Assembly: GCA_022750455.1 (NCBI GenBank)
Contig: JAKIVR010000003.1
Coordinates: 4,457 to 68,456 of the forward strand
Source of the DNA: Thermoplasmata archaeon
GTDB taxonomy: Archaea; Thermoplasmatota; Thermoplasmata; Lutacidiplasmatales; UBA184
DNA length: 64,000 bases
Direction: 5' to 3'
Shown here: piece after piece, positions 45,736 to 54,760 of the stretch
Layout: the number at the start of each line of letters is the position of its first letter
Numbering within the stretch: the first letter of the stretch is position 1
Translations under genes and position numbers: made by a program
Notes under the pieces: generated by a model
The model's database searches: none
What the model saw: the letters and a program-made list of their open reading frames with translations, nothing else
Told to the model about the DNA's origin: nothing

Positions 45736-47217
45736 ATGGTCTTCACGTTCACCACTACGACGTTCATCGTCGACCTCACTCTCCTCTTGGCCGCCTCGGT
45801 GCTCGCCGGGGAGATCGCGAACCGCCTCGGCCAGGCGGCCCTCGTCGGCCAGCTCCTCGTCGGGGTCATCCTGGGCCCGACCCTCTTCGGTCAGCCGAAC
45901 CTGCTCGGCCAGTGGACCGGATTCTTCGCCACCGGCAGCTCCCTCACCAGCTCGCTACCCGCCGAGCTCACCGGGATCCAGACCCTCGCCACGGTGTTCA
46001 TCCTCTTCCTGGCGGGGCTCGATATCGTCCCCGAGCAGGTCTACAAGATGGGGCTGAAGACCGCCTCGTTCGGCATCATGGTCTTCTCCATCCCGTTCGC
46101 CGCGACCGCCGCCATGGCCTACTTCTTCTTCCCGGGTTTCTCCATCAATACCGACCTGTTCATCGCCCTCGCGCTCTCCATCACCGCCCTCCCCGTGATG
46201 GGGATCATGCTGCTGGAGTTCGGCCTTCTCCACTCCCGGATCGGCCGACTTCTGATGAACACCGCGCTCGTCAACGAGCTCGTCGCGGTCAGCGTCTTCG
46301 CGATCCTCTTGGAGCTACACACCTCGGGGACGAGCGGCACCATCGCGATTGGGGTCGCCGCCGTCAGCGTCGGGCTGTTCATCGCGACCATGCTGAGTAT
46401 TCACATGGCCCTCCGGACGCTCGCGGCGTCGGGCTGGTGGGGCACGGTACGGTCGCGGTACCAGCGGGGCTGGCGGAGCCGCGAGGGCCGGTTCGCGATC
46501 CTGATGGTGATGGTGCTGGGCGCCTCGCTGTACTCCCAATACCTCGGCCTCACGTTCGTGGTGGGGGCGTTCTACGCCGGGCTCCTGGTGACCAAGGAAA
46601 GTGCCGGCTCGGAGATGCACCGCTCCTTCAGCACCGTCTTCGATGCGATCTCGTGGGGGTTCTTCATCCCGCTCTTCTTTGTTTTCGTCGGGATCGAGAT
46701 GAACCTAAGGCTCCTCTCGACGCCGTGGCTCGTCTTCGAGTTCGTCGCCCTGCTGGGCGTGGCGCTCCTGAGCAAGCTCCTGACCGGATACGGGGTCAGC
46801 CAATCATTCGGATGGGGGAAGGCCGACTCCCAGGCGATCGGATACCTCGTCGCGAGCCGGGGGGCCGTCGAGCTCGCCATGGCGGTCACGCTCCTCTCCC
46901 TCGGGGTCTTCAACACCGAGATCTTCACGATCGTGGCGGGCGTGGGTCTGGTGACGACGATCATCTCCCCGATCGGGGCGTTACGCGCCTGGGAGTCCGA
47001 TCCGGCAAGCCGGACCGAGCTGTACGACCGGGTCCCGTCCCTGCGACCAGGCGCGGAACGGACGCGCGCCTTCCGCCCGTCGCTAGTGTTCACGCACGTC
47101 CCCGAGGCCGGGGAGGTCCCGAGCTCTTGGATCATCCCGACCGTCGTTCCCCGCCCCGGGAAGGTGGGTCCGCCGCCGCTGCCCGATCAGTCGGGCCACG
47201 ACGACGAGACCGACTAG
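45736..47217 (+). CDS. Cation:proton antiporter (CPA2, NapA/KefB-like)
   Basis: LVGQLLVGVILGP, LFLAGLD, ALSITALPV, GAFYAGL, FIPLFFVFVG, SRGAVEL. Confidence 0.9.
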   Translation: MVFTFTTTTFIVDLTLLLAASVLAGEIANRLGQAALVGQLLVGVILGPTLFGQPNLLGQWTGFFATGSSLTSSLPAELTGIQTLATVFILFLAGLDIVPEQVYKMGLKTASFGIMVFSIPFAATAAMAYFFFPGFSINTDLFIALALSITALPVMGIMLLEFGLLHSRIGRLLMNTALVNELVAVSVFAILLELHTSGTSGTIAIGVAAVSVGLFIATMLSIHMALRTLAASGWWGTVRSRYQRGWRSREGRFAILMVMVLGASLYSQYLGLTFVVGAFYAGLLVTKESAGSEMHRSFSTVFDAISWGFFIPLFFVFVGIEMNLRLLSTPWLVFEFVALLGVALLSKLLTGYGVSQSFGWGKADSQAIGYLVASRGAVELAMAVTLLSLGVFNTEIFTIVAGVGLVTTIISPIGALRAWESDPASRTELYDRVPSLRPGAERTRAFRPSLVFTHVPEAGEVPSSWIIPTVVPRPGKVGPPPLPDQSGHDDETD

Positions 47218-47227
47218 GCCGGCCGGG

Positions 47228-47647
47228 TCATCCCACGGGAAGCGGGTCGATCAAGGCTCGCCCCACCCAGCGAAGCCGGGCCGACCACGGTCGGAGATCG
47301 GTGCCCAGCGCGGCGAGACGGGCGTCGATCTCGTCCCATACCCCCGGGACCGGGGGAACGGCCCGAGGGGCGCCCTCCTCGGGATGATCGGCGACGTAGA
47401 GACCGACCGCCTCGAGGTGCTTGCACGTCCCCCGCCCCCGGCGGGCGAAGTCCTCGCACGTGCACATGCCCCCCTCCAGCGAGGGCGCCGCCGGGAGGTA
47501 GACCGGGTAGCGACTGCCGCGGGCCCGGTTCACCGCCTCGAAGGCGACGAGCGGCAGATCCCTCAGCGGCCGGACGTCGAGCGGGTCGTCCCGCCCCCGG
47601 GCCCGTCGGTCCGGGGGGGGCTCGGAGGCGTCCGGGGGGCGGTCCAT
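47228..47647 (-). CDS. Stand-alone SWIM zinc-finger protein
   Basis: ATG 47647; CTCEDF......TCKHLEAV. Confidence 0.7.
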   Translation of the reverse strand: MDRPPDASEPPPDRRARGRDDPLDVRPLRDLPLVAFEAVNRARGSRYPVYLPAAPSLEGGMCTCEDFARRGRGTCKHLEAVGLYVADHPEEGAPRAVPPVPGVWDEIDARLAALGTDLRPWSARLRWVGRALIDPLPVG

Positions 47648-47688
47648 GGGCCGGAAAGGCGCCCCGCGGCAATGAAAGGGCCGGGCCC

Positions 47689-48516
47689 CTAGTTCGATGG
47701 GCGCAGCGCACGCCTCACCAGGATGATCGCGACGATGCCCATCCCCGCCGCCCAGGCGGCGAGCCCCGCGAGGTAGACCTCGGGGGGGTAGGTGTACAGG
47801 CTGTCGCCGAACATGTTCTCCCTCAGAACGGAGACCGCCAGGGTGATCGGATTGTAGGTGGCGATGTCCTGGAGCCAGTGGGGCATCGTCCCCCACGGAT
47901 ACAGGGCGTCCGAGGTGAACAACGTCGGCAGGTTGAGGGCGTTCACAGCCGCGAAGTACGTCTGGGGGGTGTCGATCAGGAACCCGAGCGTCAGCGCGAG
48001 CGTGACGAACATGAACGCGATCAGCACGATGGCGAGGAGGATCTCGACCGCCCCCACCACTCCGACCGACGCCGTCACATCGAGCCCACTGAGGCCGCCG
48101 ATGTGGGCGAACAGGATCGCGAGCACCAACACCAGGAAGGCGAACCCGATCGGTTGCACGGAACCGGCGATCAGTCGAGAGCCGAACACGGCGGCCGAGG
48201 GAGCCGGGGTGCCGCGCGTGCGCTTGAAGATCCCGAAGAACTTGTCGAAGATCACGTTCGCCCCGACGAACAGCGACGCCGTCACGGAAACGAAGCCGAC
48301 CATGCCCGCCGCGAAGTACGAGAAGTAGTTCGGGGCGCCGAGCAGGGCGTACTGCAGGCCGGCCGCCGAGCTTCCCGACAACGATCCCAAGTTGAACCCC
48401 TGCCCGAACAGCAGGAGGTACAGGATCGGGGTGAGCAGGCCCACGAAGACGGACTGCGGGTTCCGGGTCAGCCGGAGGAGCTCGCGCCGGGTCAGGGCGG
48501 AGAACTCGCGCAGCAT
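47689..48516 (-). CDS. ABC-2 type (DrrB-like) permease
   Basis: RRELLRLTR, NYFSY, LFTSDALYP...MP.WLQ.IA.YNPIT. Confidence 0.9.
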   Translation of the reverse strand: MLREFSALTRRELLRLTRNPQSVFVGLLTPILYLLLFGQGFNLGSLSGSSAAGLQYALLGAPNYFSYFAAGMVGFVSVTASLFVGANVIFDKFFGIFKRTRGTPAPSAAVFGSRLIAGSVQPIGFAFLVLVLAILFAHIGGLSGLDVTASVGVVGAVEILLAIVLIAFMFVTLALTLGFLIDTPQTYFAAVNALNLPTLFTSDALYPWGTMPHWLQDIATYNPITLAVSVLRENMFGDSLYTYPPEVYLAGLAAWAAGMGIVAIILVRRALRPSN

Positions 48517-49526
48517 CAGCGCCTCCCGCCGCGCATCGACTGCAGCCGCGCGCCGAGGATCGCCTTGTCCGTGGCGCTCGGTCCCTCGTCCTCGCGGAAC
48601 TCCCGTCCGGTGAACTCCAAGAACACTTCATCGAGGCTCGGCCGCTTGACCGAGACCGTCGAGATCAACGAGCCCGCCTTGGAGCACGCCTCCACGGCGA
48701 GAGGCACGACGACCTCGCCGCTCGAGCATTTCAGCCGGTACGACGAGTCCTGGCGTTGAACGGTAAGCACGCCTGGGACCTGGCGGAGGGTTTCGGACAC
48801 GTCCTGGGCGGTGGAGGTCTTGAGGGTCACCACGTCGCCGCCCAACTTGTCCTTGAGCTCCGTCGGGGTCCCCGTCGCCACGATGGTCCCGTGATCGATG
48901 ATGGCGATGCGGTCGCAGTACTGGTCCGCCTCGTCGAGATAGTGCGTCGTGACGAAGACGGTGAGTCCCTCCTCCTTGCGGAGCTGCTGGATGAACTGCC
49001 AGAAGCCGGCCCGTCCTTGCGGATCGAGGCCGAGCGTCGGTTCGTCCAGGAACAGGATCTTCGGGCGGTGGATGAGCCCGACGCCGAGCTCCAGGCGTCG
49101 GCGCATCCCGCCGGAGTACGTCTTCGCCATCCGTTCGGAGGCGTCGCCGATCTGCATCCGTTCGAGGAGAGCGGAGGCCCGCTCCTTCCCTTCCCGGCGC
49201 GAAATGCCGTACAACCCCGCCGCGATCTCGAGATTCTCCCGTCCGGTGAGATCTCCGTCCGCGGTGGATTCTTGAAATACGACGCCGATGCGCCGCTTGA
49301 CCTCTTCCGGATTGGCGGCGACCTCGACGCCGTCGATGACGGCCCGGCCGCTGGTCGGCCTGAGACCGGCGGAGAGCATCGAAACGGTGGTCGTCTTGCC
49401 GGCGCCGTTCGGTCCGATGAAACCGTACGCTTCCCCCGTATGTACCTCGAAGGAGACGCCCTTCACCGCCTGGACCTTCCCACCGTAGGTCTTGACGAGC
49501 CCTTCCGCGACGATCGGGTCGGTCAT
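48516..49526 (-). CDS. ABC transporter ATP-binding protein (DrrA-like)
   Basis: Likely ATG 49526; GPNGAGKTT, YSGGMRRRL, LFLDEPT, TTHY, C-terminal PSLDEVFL..TG. Confidence 0.93.
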   Translation of the reverse strand: MTDPIVAEGLVKTYGGKVQAVKGVSFEVHTGEAYGFIGPNGAGKTTTVSMLSAGLRPTSGRAVIDGVEVAANPEEVKRRIGVVFQESTADGDLTGRENLEIAAGLYGISRREGKERASALLERMQIGDASERMAKTYSGGMRRRLELGVGLIHRPKILFLDEPTLGLDPQGRAGFWQFIQQLRKEEGLTVFVTTHYLDEADQYCDRIAIIDHGTIVATGTPTELKDKLGGDVVTLKTSTAQDVSETLRQVPGVLTVQRQDSSYRLKCSSGEVVVPLAVEACSKAGSLISTVSVKRPSLDEVFLEFTGREFREDEGPSATDKAILGARLQSMRGGRR

Positions 49527-49593
49527 GCGGAGGCCTCGGGGGTCGACGGGGCAGCTGCGGGTCGTGTCATCCGGTACCGGCGTGTGTTCTCCT

Positions 49594-50076
49594 TCATTTT
49601 CCAATCTTCTCCAGGCGCTGCGCGATCTCTCGGATCTCCCCACGAACCTCGTTCAACTGTTCCGGGTAATCTCGGGCGAGGTCCTCAAGGTAGCCGGCGT
49701 AGCTTCGGATTTCCCGGGTGACCTCCGCCACACTCTGGGGCCGCCCCGTGACGAACCCGAGCGGGAAGTTCACCGTCTCCCGGCCCTTGTCGGTGAGCTC
49801 GTACTTGCCGTCGGCCTCTTGCCGGCGGATCACCCCTTCCTTCGTCAACTCTTCCAGCAGGGGATAGATCGAGCCCGGGGAGGGTCGCCACCAGCCCATC
49901 GAGATCGACTCCATCGAGTCGATGAGCTGGGCTCCCGTGCGGGGGGATCGGGCGAGGATCATGAGGACCCAGGTGCGCAATCCGCCGCGATGACGTCCAA
50001 AGCCGTGTCCCGGTCCGCCGTGACGGGCGCCGGGCTTGTGGCCGCCAAACCACCATCGGGCTGCGCTGTCGTCCAT
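49594..50076 (-). CDS. PadR-family transcriptional regulator
   Basis: Likely ATG 50076; RGGLRTWVL..L...P.TG, WRPSPGSIYPLL..L..EG, YELTDKG. Confidence 0.9.
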   Translation of the reverse strand: MDDSAARWWFGGHKPGARHGGPGHGFGRHRGGLRTWVLMILARSPRTGAQLIDSMESISMGWWRPSPGSIYPLLEELTKEGVIRRQEADGKYELTDKGRETVNFPLGFVTGRPQSVAEVTREIRSYAGYLEDLARDYPEQLNEVRGEIREIAQRLEKIGK

Positions 50077-50078
50077 GT

Positions 50079-50113
50079 CGATATCGATTAACCGATATCG
50101 GCTCGCTATAAAG
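50079..50113 (-). promoter_or_regulatory. padR promoter: TATA (CTTTATAG on minus strand, 50106-50113) and operator CGATATCG-N6-CGATATCG (50079-50100)
   Basis: Two perfect palindromic octamers between the TATA box and the start codon. Confidence 0.65.
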
Positions 50114-50207
50114 CCGTACTGCACCCGCCGAGAGTCCCCCGCGTTCTCCGCTCCCCCGCCGCCACATCGTTATGTCGCTCTCGACCTCCCGTCGATAGGA
50201 GACCGCC

Positions 50208-50447
50208 GTGATCGAGGATCCCACCGCCGCCCGGGTCGCCGAACGCCGCCGGCAACGTCAGGTCGTCTTGGCGCTCGTCTTCACGTTCCTCGGTCTTCTG
50301 GCGCTGGCCCTGCTGCTCCCATCGGCCCCGAGCCGTTTGACGCTAGGCATCCTGGTCGGCCTCGTCGCCGTGCTCGGGTTGTGGATCGGCGGGATTCTCC
50401 TCGGGAACGCGGTCCGGCCGTACTGGAAGGGACGGCGGAGAGCCTGA
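50208..50447 (+). CDS. Small two-TM membrane protein
   Basis: Two hydrophobic helices; GGAG upstream; stop overlaps the next start. Confidence 0.65.
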   Translation: MIEDPTAARVAERRRQRQVVLALVFTFLGLLALALLLPSAPSRLTLGILVGLVAVLGLWIGGILLGNAVRPYWKGRRRA

Positions 50448-51097
50448 TGTTCCCGTTCCGACTCGTTACGTTCGATATCGATGGCACTCTGACCCTCGGG
50501 CACGGGTGGCGTTTCCTGGCCGCCCAGCGGGGGAGGACCCCCGCGTACGAATCGACCACGTCCCGGTACCTTGACGGGAGGATCGGGGAGGACGAGCACC
50601 TCCAGAACTTGATCCGGCTCGCCGAAGGCGCCACCGCCCCGGAGCTGGAGGAGATCTTGGAACGAACTCCGAAGCTCGGCCACATCCCCGAGACGGTGAA
50701 CTCCCTCCATTCGGAGGGGGTGCGGGTCGCCTTGTTGTCCCACAACCCGGAGTACATCTGTCGCTGGTACGAGCGCCGGTTCGGATTCGACGATCAAGGG
50801 GGGACTCCGAGCGCGGAGCCGGTGGGGGACGGCCCCGTCCCGTTCCCCGGCACAGTTCGAGCTGACAAACCCGCGGCGCTCCGGCGGCTGCTCGACCGCG
50901 CGCACCGGACAGCGTCCGAGACCGCTCACGTCGGCGATTCCCGGTCGGATGGCGAACTGTTCCGACTCGTCGGCGGGGGGATCGCCTTGAACTCGCCCGA
51001 TGCCTCCGTTCGAGAGGCGGCCGACGCCGTTGTGGTCAGCGAGGATCTGGCCGCCGTTCTCGCCCCCTTGGGATCCCTCCACCCCCGGCGGGTGTGA
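50447..51097 (+). CDS. HAD-superfamily phosphatase (SerB-like)
   Basis: ATG 50447; FDIDGTL, LLS, motif III K, HVGDSRSD. Confidence 0.85.
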   Translation: MFPFRLVTFDIDGTLTLGHGWRFLAAQRGRTPAYESTTSRYLDGRIGEDEHLQNLIRLAEGATAPELEEILERTPKLGHIPETVNSLHSEGVRVALLSHNPEYICRWYERRFGFDDQGGTPSAEPVGDGPVPFPGTVRADKPAALRRLLDRAHRTASETAHVGDSRSDGELFRLVGGGIALNSPDASVREAADAVVVSEDLAAVLAPLGSLHPRRV

Positions 51098-51130
51098 GTC
51101 ACCCCCCGGAGTTATGAGAATCCTTATGCC

Positions 51131-51745
51131 ATGGTGCACCCCTCCCGCCTCCCCGGAGGGTCTGTGGAGTACATCGCGCTCCGAGCGTCCCACCCGACGT
51201 ACCTGAACCTTCAGCTCCCCCAGGACGTGGCGACCCTCGTCGGCTACATCCCCTCCGAACTGCGGGAGCTACGCTCCCCCGCCCGGAGCATATCGTTCCT
51301 CGCTCGGACCCCGCAGATCGTCCGGGTCATCGCCACCTACCGCGGAGGCGAGGTTCTTCCCATCGAGACGACCCGCAACCGGTTCCTCGCGTCCGCTGGG
51401 CTCACCGAGAAGATGATCTTCAACCTGCCCGAGGCAGTCGTGCAGTATCTCGGTCTGGAAGTGAAGCATCGCGTCCCGGGGGGGACCCGCTACACCGACG
51501 ATGGCCTCCTCTGGTTCCTCCCGGCCGACGAGTATTATGAATTCCGGGAGCGAGAGCGGCTGGGGAAGCCCTGGAACGGGCCCGCCGACGGGGGGCTGAC
51601 CCGTGTCTACCTCAGTCACGCCCGGCTTCCCGCCTCGTCGGCCCTGGAGTCCCTCGAGCTGGATATCGATCAACGGGAGTGGCGTCCTCGGCTCGAGCTC
51701 GCGGCGCGGACCGCCCGCCCGCGCCGAACGGCCCCCGGGAGTTGA
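51131..51745 (+). CDS. Hypothetical protein, possible tandem AbrB/MraZ-like fold
   Basis: Two LP..V...[LV]G motifs (LQLPQDVATLVG; FNLPEAVVQYLGL); start could be GTG 51164 after GGAGG. Confidence 0.5.
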   Translation: MVHPSRLPGGSVEYIALRASHPTYLNLQLPQDVATLVGYIPSELRELRSPARSISFLARTPQIVRVIATYRGGEVLPIETTRNRFLASAGLTEKMIFNLPEAVVQYLGLEVKHRVPGGTRYTDDGLLWFLPADEYYEFRERERLGKPWNGPADGGLTRVYLSHARLPASSALESLELDIDQREWRPRLELAARTARPRRTAPGS

Positions 51746-51939
51746 GCTCCGAGGCCTTTCAATCCGTTTCCATACGTGTAACAATGAGCCGAAACAGGCG
51801 CGGGGGTTGCGCCGGGCCGCTCCGGATGCGGGAGCGGAGGTGCGGTTCTCGCTCGCCCCGTCAAAGGTTCGAAGCGGGTATGGCACCGGTCGGATTTTTG
51901 ACCAAAGTTCTAATAGTATGCTCTCGACTTTAATCGTCC

Positions 51940-52626
51940 ATGGAGCGCAGGGAGAAGGCCAGGGCACCGCACGTGGGCAAGCCGTACACCCTCCGGACCC
52001 CGGTTCCGCTGCGGTCCGCCAGCGACATGACGATCACCCGGTCGGGCATCCCGACCGATCCTACCCTCGCCCTCGCCGGACCGGTCGACCACGACTCCCT
52101 GGCGAAGGCGATCCGCCGCTCGGTCGGGCACGACGGTATGCGCCCCGAGGACGCGCGGACCATCGCGGCCCACGTGCTCAATTTCTTCGGCTTCCAAGAG
52201 AGGATCATCGACAATGTCCTCGAACCGGATGACCGGGACACGTTCTACATGCTCGAAGATACGGGCATCCTGGAGACCGAGCGGGACGAGACGACCCTCT
52301 ACGACGGCCGGGAGTGGCGCATCCACTACTGGATGTTCCGAAAGGACCGGATCTTCGACCTCGCCCACCAGGAGTCGCAGGCGATGGCCGAGGCCGGCGA
52401 GGTCGACGTCGTCTACTCCTCAAAGACCGGGCGCTCCGGCGCGTTCCTCGGTTCGGCCCCCGAAGGGCAGTTCGGCACGGGCCATCACGCTCTCTACCAC
52501 GACCTCGGCGACGAGATCTGGCTCGAGCGCAAGCTCAGCCCCCAAGAGAGCGACGTCCCCGAGGCGCCGGTGAGCCCTCTCCGCCCTCCGCCTCCCCGGC
52601 GGAGCGCGAAGTCGGTCAAGAAGTAG
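51940..52626 (+). CDS. Conserved Thermoplasmata protein (DUF6015-like)
   Basis: HVLNFFGF..RIIDNVLEP.DRD.FYMLED.GIL....DETTLYDGREWRIHYW recognised from memory; start may be ATG 52027. Confidence 0.7.
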   Translation: MERREKARAPHVGKPYTLRTPVPLRSASDMTITRSGIPTDPTLALAGPVDHDSLAKAIRRSVGHDGMRPEDARTIAAHVLNFFGFQERIIDNVLEPDDRDTFYMLEDTGILETERDETTLYDGREWRIHYWMFRKDRIFDLAHQESQAMAEAGEVDVVYSSKTGRSGAFLGSAPEGQFGTGHHALYHDLGDEIWLERKLSPQESDVPEAPVSPLRPPPPRRSAKSVKK

Positions 52627-52678
52627 GCCCACCCCGCCGACCCGGCAGGCCTTTCCGAGCGGACGTCTCCCCTCCGAC

Positions 52679-53302
52679 GTGCGTCGCTTCCTGCTGTTGG
52701 CCCACCGAGTGCCGGTCGACGGTGCGTTCACCCTGAACGACCTCGCCGGGGGCGGGGGCCGGATGGACGAGATCGCTCGTTGTGTCTCGACAGCGTTCAC
52801 CATATCGAACGACCTCCGTCGCGACACGGAGCTCACGGTCCTCTTCGGATCCGAGCCCCCGCCCCGGAGCCGCCGGATCGACATCTACGGAGCGCGCCTG
52901 CGGCTGCTGAACCCGGACGAGCGGTCGACGGCCGCGCTGCTCAAGAACGCGCTCATCCGCTCGCACAACGTCCCCGGGATCGTGGAATCCTCTCCGGGGA
53001 TGGTCGTGGGACCTTCCCAACCGCTCGAGGACCTGGCCCGGTTCGCCTCGCAGCCCGGCTGCTGGTGGCTCGTGGAAGGAGGGGCTCCTCTGGCCTCCCT
53101 CGCTCCGACATCGGACGTCGCCGCGGTCCTGAGCGATCCGACCGACCCGACCCCGCCGGAACGCGAGATCCTGGAGAGATCTGGCGCAGTCTCCATCCGT
53201 GTCGGGCCGAGATCGCTCCGCAGTTCCCAAGTCCTCGACGTTGTCCAGAACGTCCTCGACGGCGCCTCCGAGGCAGTTCCCGTCGACCGGACGCCCCGCT
53301 AG
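52679..53302 (+). CDS. trmY: tRNA (pseudouridine54-N1)-methyltransferase
   Basis: MRRF...H, FTLNDLAGGGGRMD..ARC, S.DLRRD, LNPDERSTA.L, VLSD, VGP.SL. Confidence 0.9.
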   Translation: MRRFLLLAHRVPVDGAFTLNDLAGGGGRMDEIARCVSTAFTISNDLRRDTELTVLFGSEPPPRSRRIDIYGARLRLLNPDERSTAALLKNALIRSHNVPGIVESSPGMVVGPSQPLEDLARFASQPGCWWLVEGGAPLASLAPTSDVAAVLSDPTDPTPPEREILERSGAVSIRVGPRSLRSSQVLDVVQNVLDGASEAVPVDRTPR

Positions 53303-54324
53303 AGCAGGAGGGGCGTGTTGTCCTCGGCCTTCCCTTGGAGGGCGTCCCGGACGGAGCTCGGTCGGAGTCCCCCGACGACGGCCGTGAGCCGAACGACCTC
53401 CCGACGCTCCGGATGGGTTCGATTGCCGACGAGCATCCGACGGGGCTCCCCGAGCCGGGACCGCATCGATCGCCAGATGCGGTCGACGGTCTCGAGGGTG
53501 AGGTTCGAGCCCCCGTCCACGTGCACGAGCGCCGACGGCCCGGCCGAGAGCTCGAAGTCGAGGAGGGTCTCCGTCAGCGCCTGGTCGACGAGCCGCTCCG
53601 GTTCCGAGATGTGCTCCTCGGCGCGGAGCAAGGTCGAGACCCCGGATTGCTCCAGATGGCCCCTCAGGCTCGCCAGGTCGACGTTCATCTGCGACGGGTG
53701 CTCGACCATGTCGACGAGCCCTTCGACGAGGCTGTGCATGTACGCGTTCCGGACGTGCAGCACCCGAGGGACGGGGAGGGAGGCGAACCGCTGCAGCTTC
53801 TGGTTGGAGACCGCGAGGAGGAGCCCCCCCATCTCTTCGAGCTCCTGGAGCGCCGCGAGCGCGTTCTCCCGACGGTTCGGGTTCGTCTCCATCTCGATGT
53901 GGAACGGGAGGATCGCGATCGGCACGGCGAGAACGTCGTGATCCCTCAGAGCCGAGGTGAGGTACGGGAGGAGGGCGGAGCCCGTGCCCCCTCCCAGGGC
54001 GGCGATCAGAAAGACGATGTCATGAGGGACCAGGAGCGGCACCACGTCGTCGTGGGCTTCCGCCATGCCCGCATGGACGGCGTCCCGATCCCCTCCGCTG
54101 CCGTGGCCCCGAAGCGTCCGCTGGCCGAGAAGGATCCGTTCCGCCACGTCGAGGCCTCTGAGGTGCCGGGCGTCCGTATTGATCGCGACCGCCTTGACCG
54201 ACGGGGAGAGTCCGAATCCCATCAGGTCGTGGACGGCGTCGCAGCCGGCGCCCCCGAGCCCTACGACGGCGAAGCCGCCCGAATGACCGTAAGGCGCCCA
54301 CGACGGGAGCGGTTCCCCTTTCAT
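53299..54324 (-). CDS. ftsZ: FtsZ homolog (FtsZ2-like, divergent)
   Basis: Likely ATG 54324; VVGLGGAG, AINTD..HL, GHGSGG, tubulin signature GGGTGS, PF..E, NQKL, T7-loop NVDLAS. Confidence 0.85.
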   Translation of the reverse strand: MKGEPLPSWAPYGHSGGFAVVGLGGAGCDAVHDLMGFGLSPSVKAVAINTDARHLRGLDVAERILLGQRTLRGHGSGGDRDAVHAGMAEAHDDVVPLLVPHDIVFLIAALGGGTGSALLPYLTSALRDHDVLAVPIAILPFHIEMETNPNRRENALAALQELEEMGGLLLAVSNQKLQRFASLPVPRVLHVRNAYMHSLVEGLVDMVEHPSQMNVDLASLRGHLEQSGVSTLLRAEEHISEPERLVDQALTETLLDFELSAGPSALVHVDGGSNLTLETVDRIWRSMRSRLGEPRRMLVGNRTHPERREVVRLTAVVGGLRPSSVRDALQGKAEDNTPLLL

Positions 54325-54340
54325 GGCGCCGTCTCCCGGG

Positions 54341-54703
54341 TTACGGGGAGGAGGTCCCTTCGTCGGCGGTGAGCGACTCGCCATCTCGGCGGCCCCGGGG
54401 CGCGCTGACGGCTTCGGTCTTGACACGGATGTACTCGCGGACAGCGGAGCGAACGGCGTCGTCGATCGAGACCGAGGCGCCTTCCCGCACGAACTCCTCG
54501 AGCTGGCGATTGTCCTGCCGGGAGAGGTCGACGACGACCTTCTTGATGTTCGGGGGGGGGAGGTTCATCTCGATGAACTTCTCGAGTCCTTCCCGGATCG
54601 TGTCCGAGATCGTCGGGGTGCCTTTCGACTGCTGGATCGCCTTCAGTTTCTCGAGGAGATCCTGCGGGATCCGAACCGTGACCCGCTCGGAAGTATCTGC
54701 CAT
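54341..54703 (-). CDS. Tandem ribbon-helix-helix regulator, CdrS-like
   Basis: ERVTVRIP...L...PTISDTIREGL, and a second RHH VVVDLS...LEEFV..G..SIDDAVRSAVREY; directly upstream of ftsZ. Confidence 0.8.
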   Translation of the reverse strand: MADTSERVTVRIPQDLLEKLKAIQQSKGTPTISDTIREGLEKFIEMNLPPPNIKKVVVDLSRQDNRQLEEFVREGASVSIDDAVRSAVREYIRVKTEAVSAPRGRRDGESLTADEGTSSP

Positions 54704-54706
54704 GTC

Positions 54707-54760
54707 TGTCCGACGTTCCTCGGCGCTTTGTCAGACAAATGGCATATCTGTATATTAAAG
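54707..54760 (-). promoter_or_regulatory. RHH-ftsZ promoter: TATA (CTTTAATATACA on minus strand) and candidate operator TTTGTCAGACAAA (54727-54739) with a second TGTCCGAC
   Basis: Perfect 13-bp interrupted palindrome downstream of the AT box. Confidence 0.55.

Noticed and set aside
51756-51795. CRISPR-repeat-like string CTTTCAATCC...GAAAC
   Set aside because: Single copy, no spacers and no cas genes in the window
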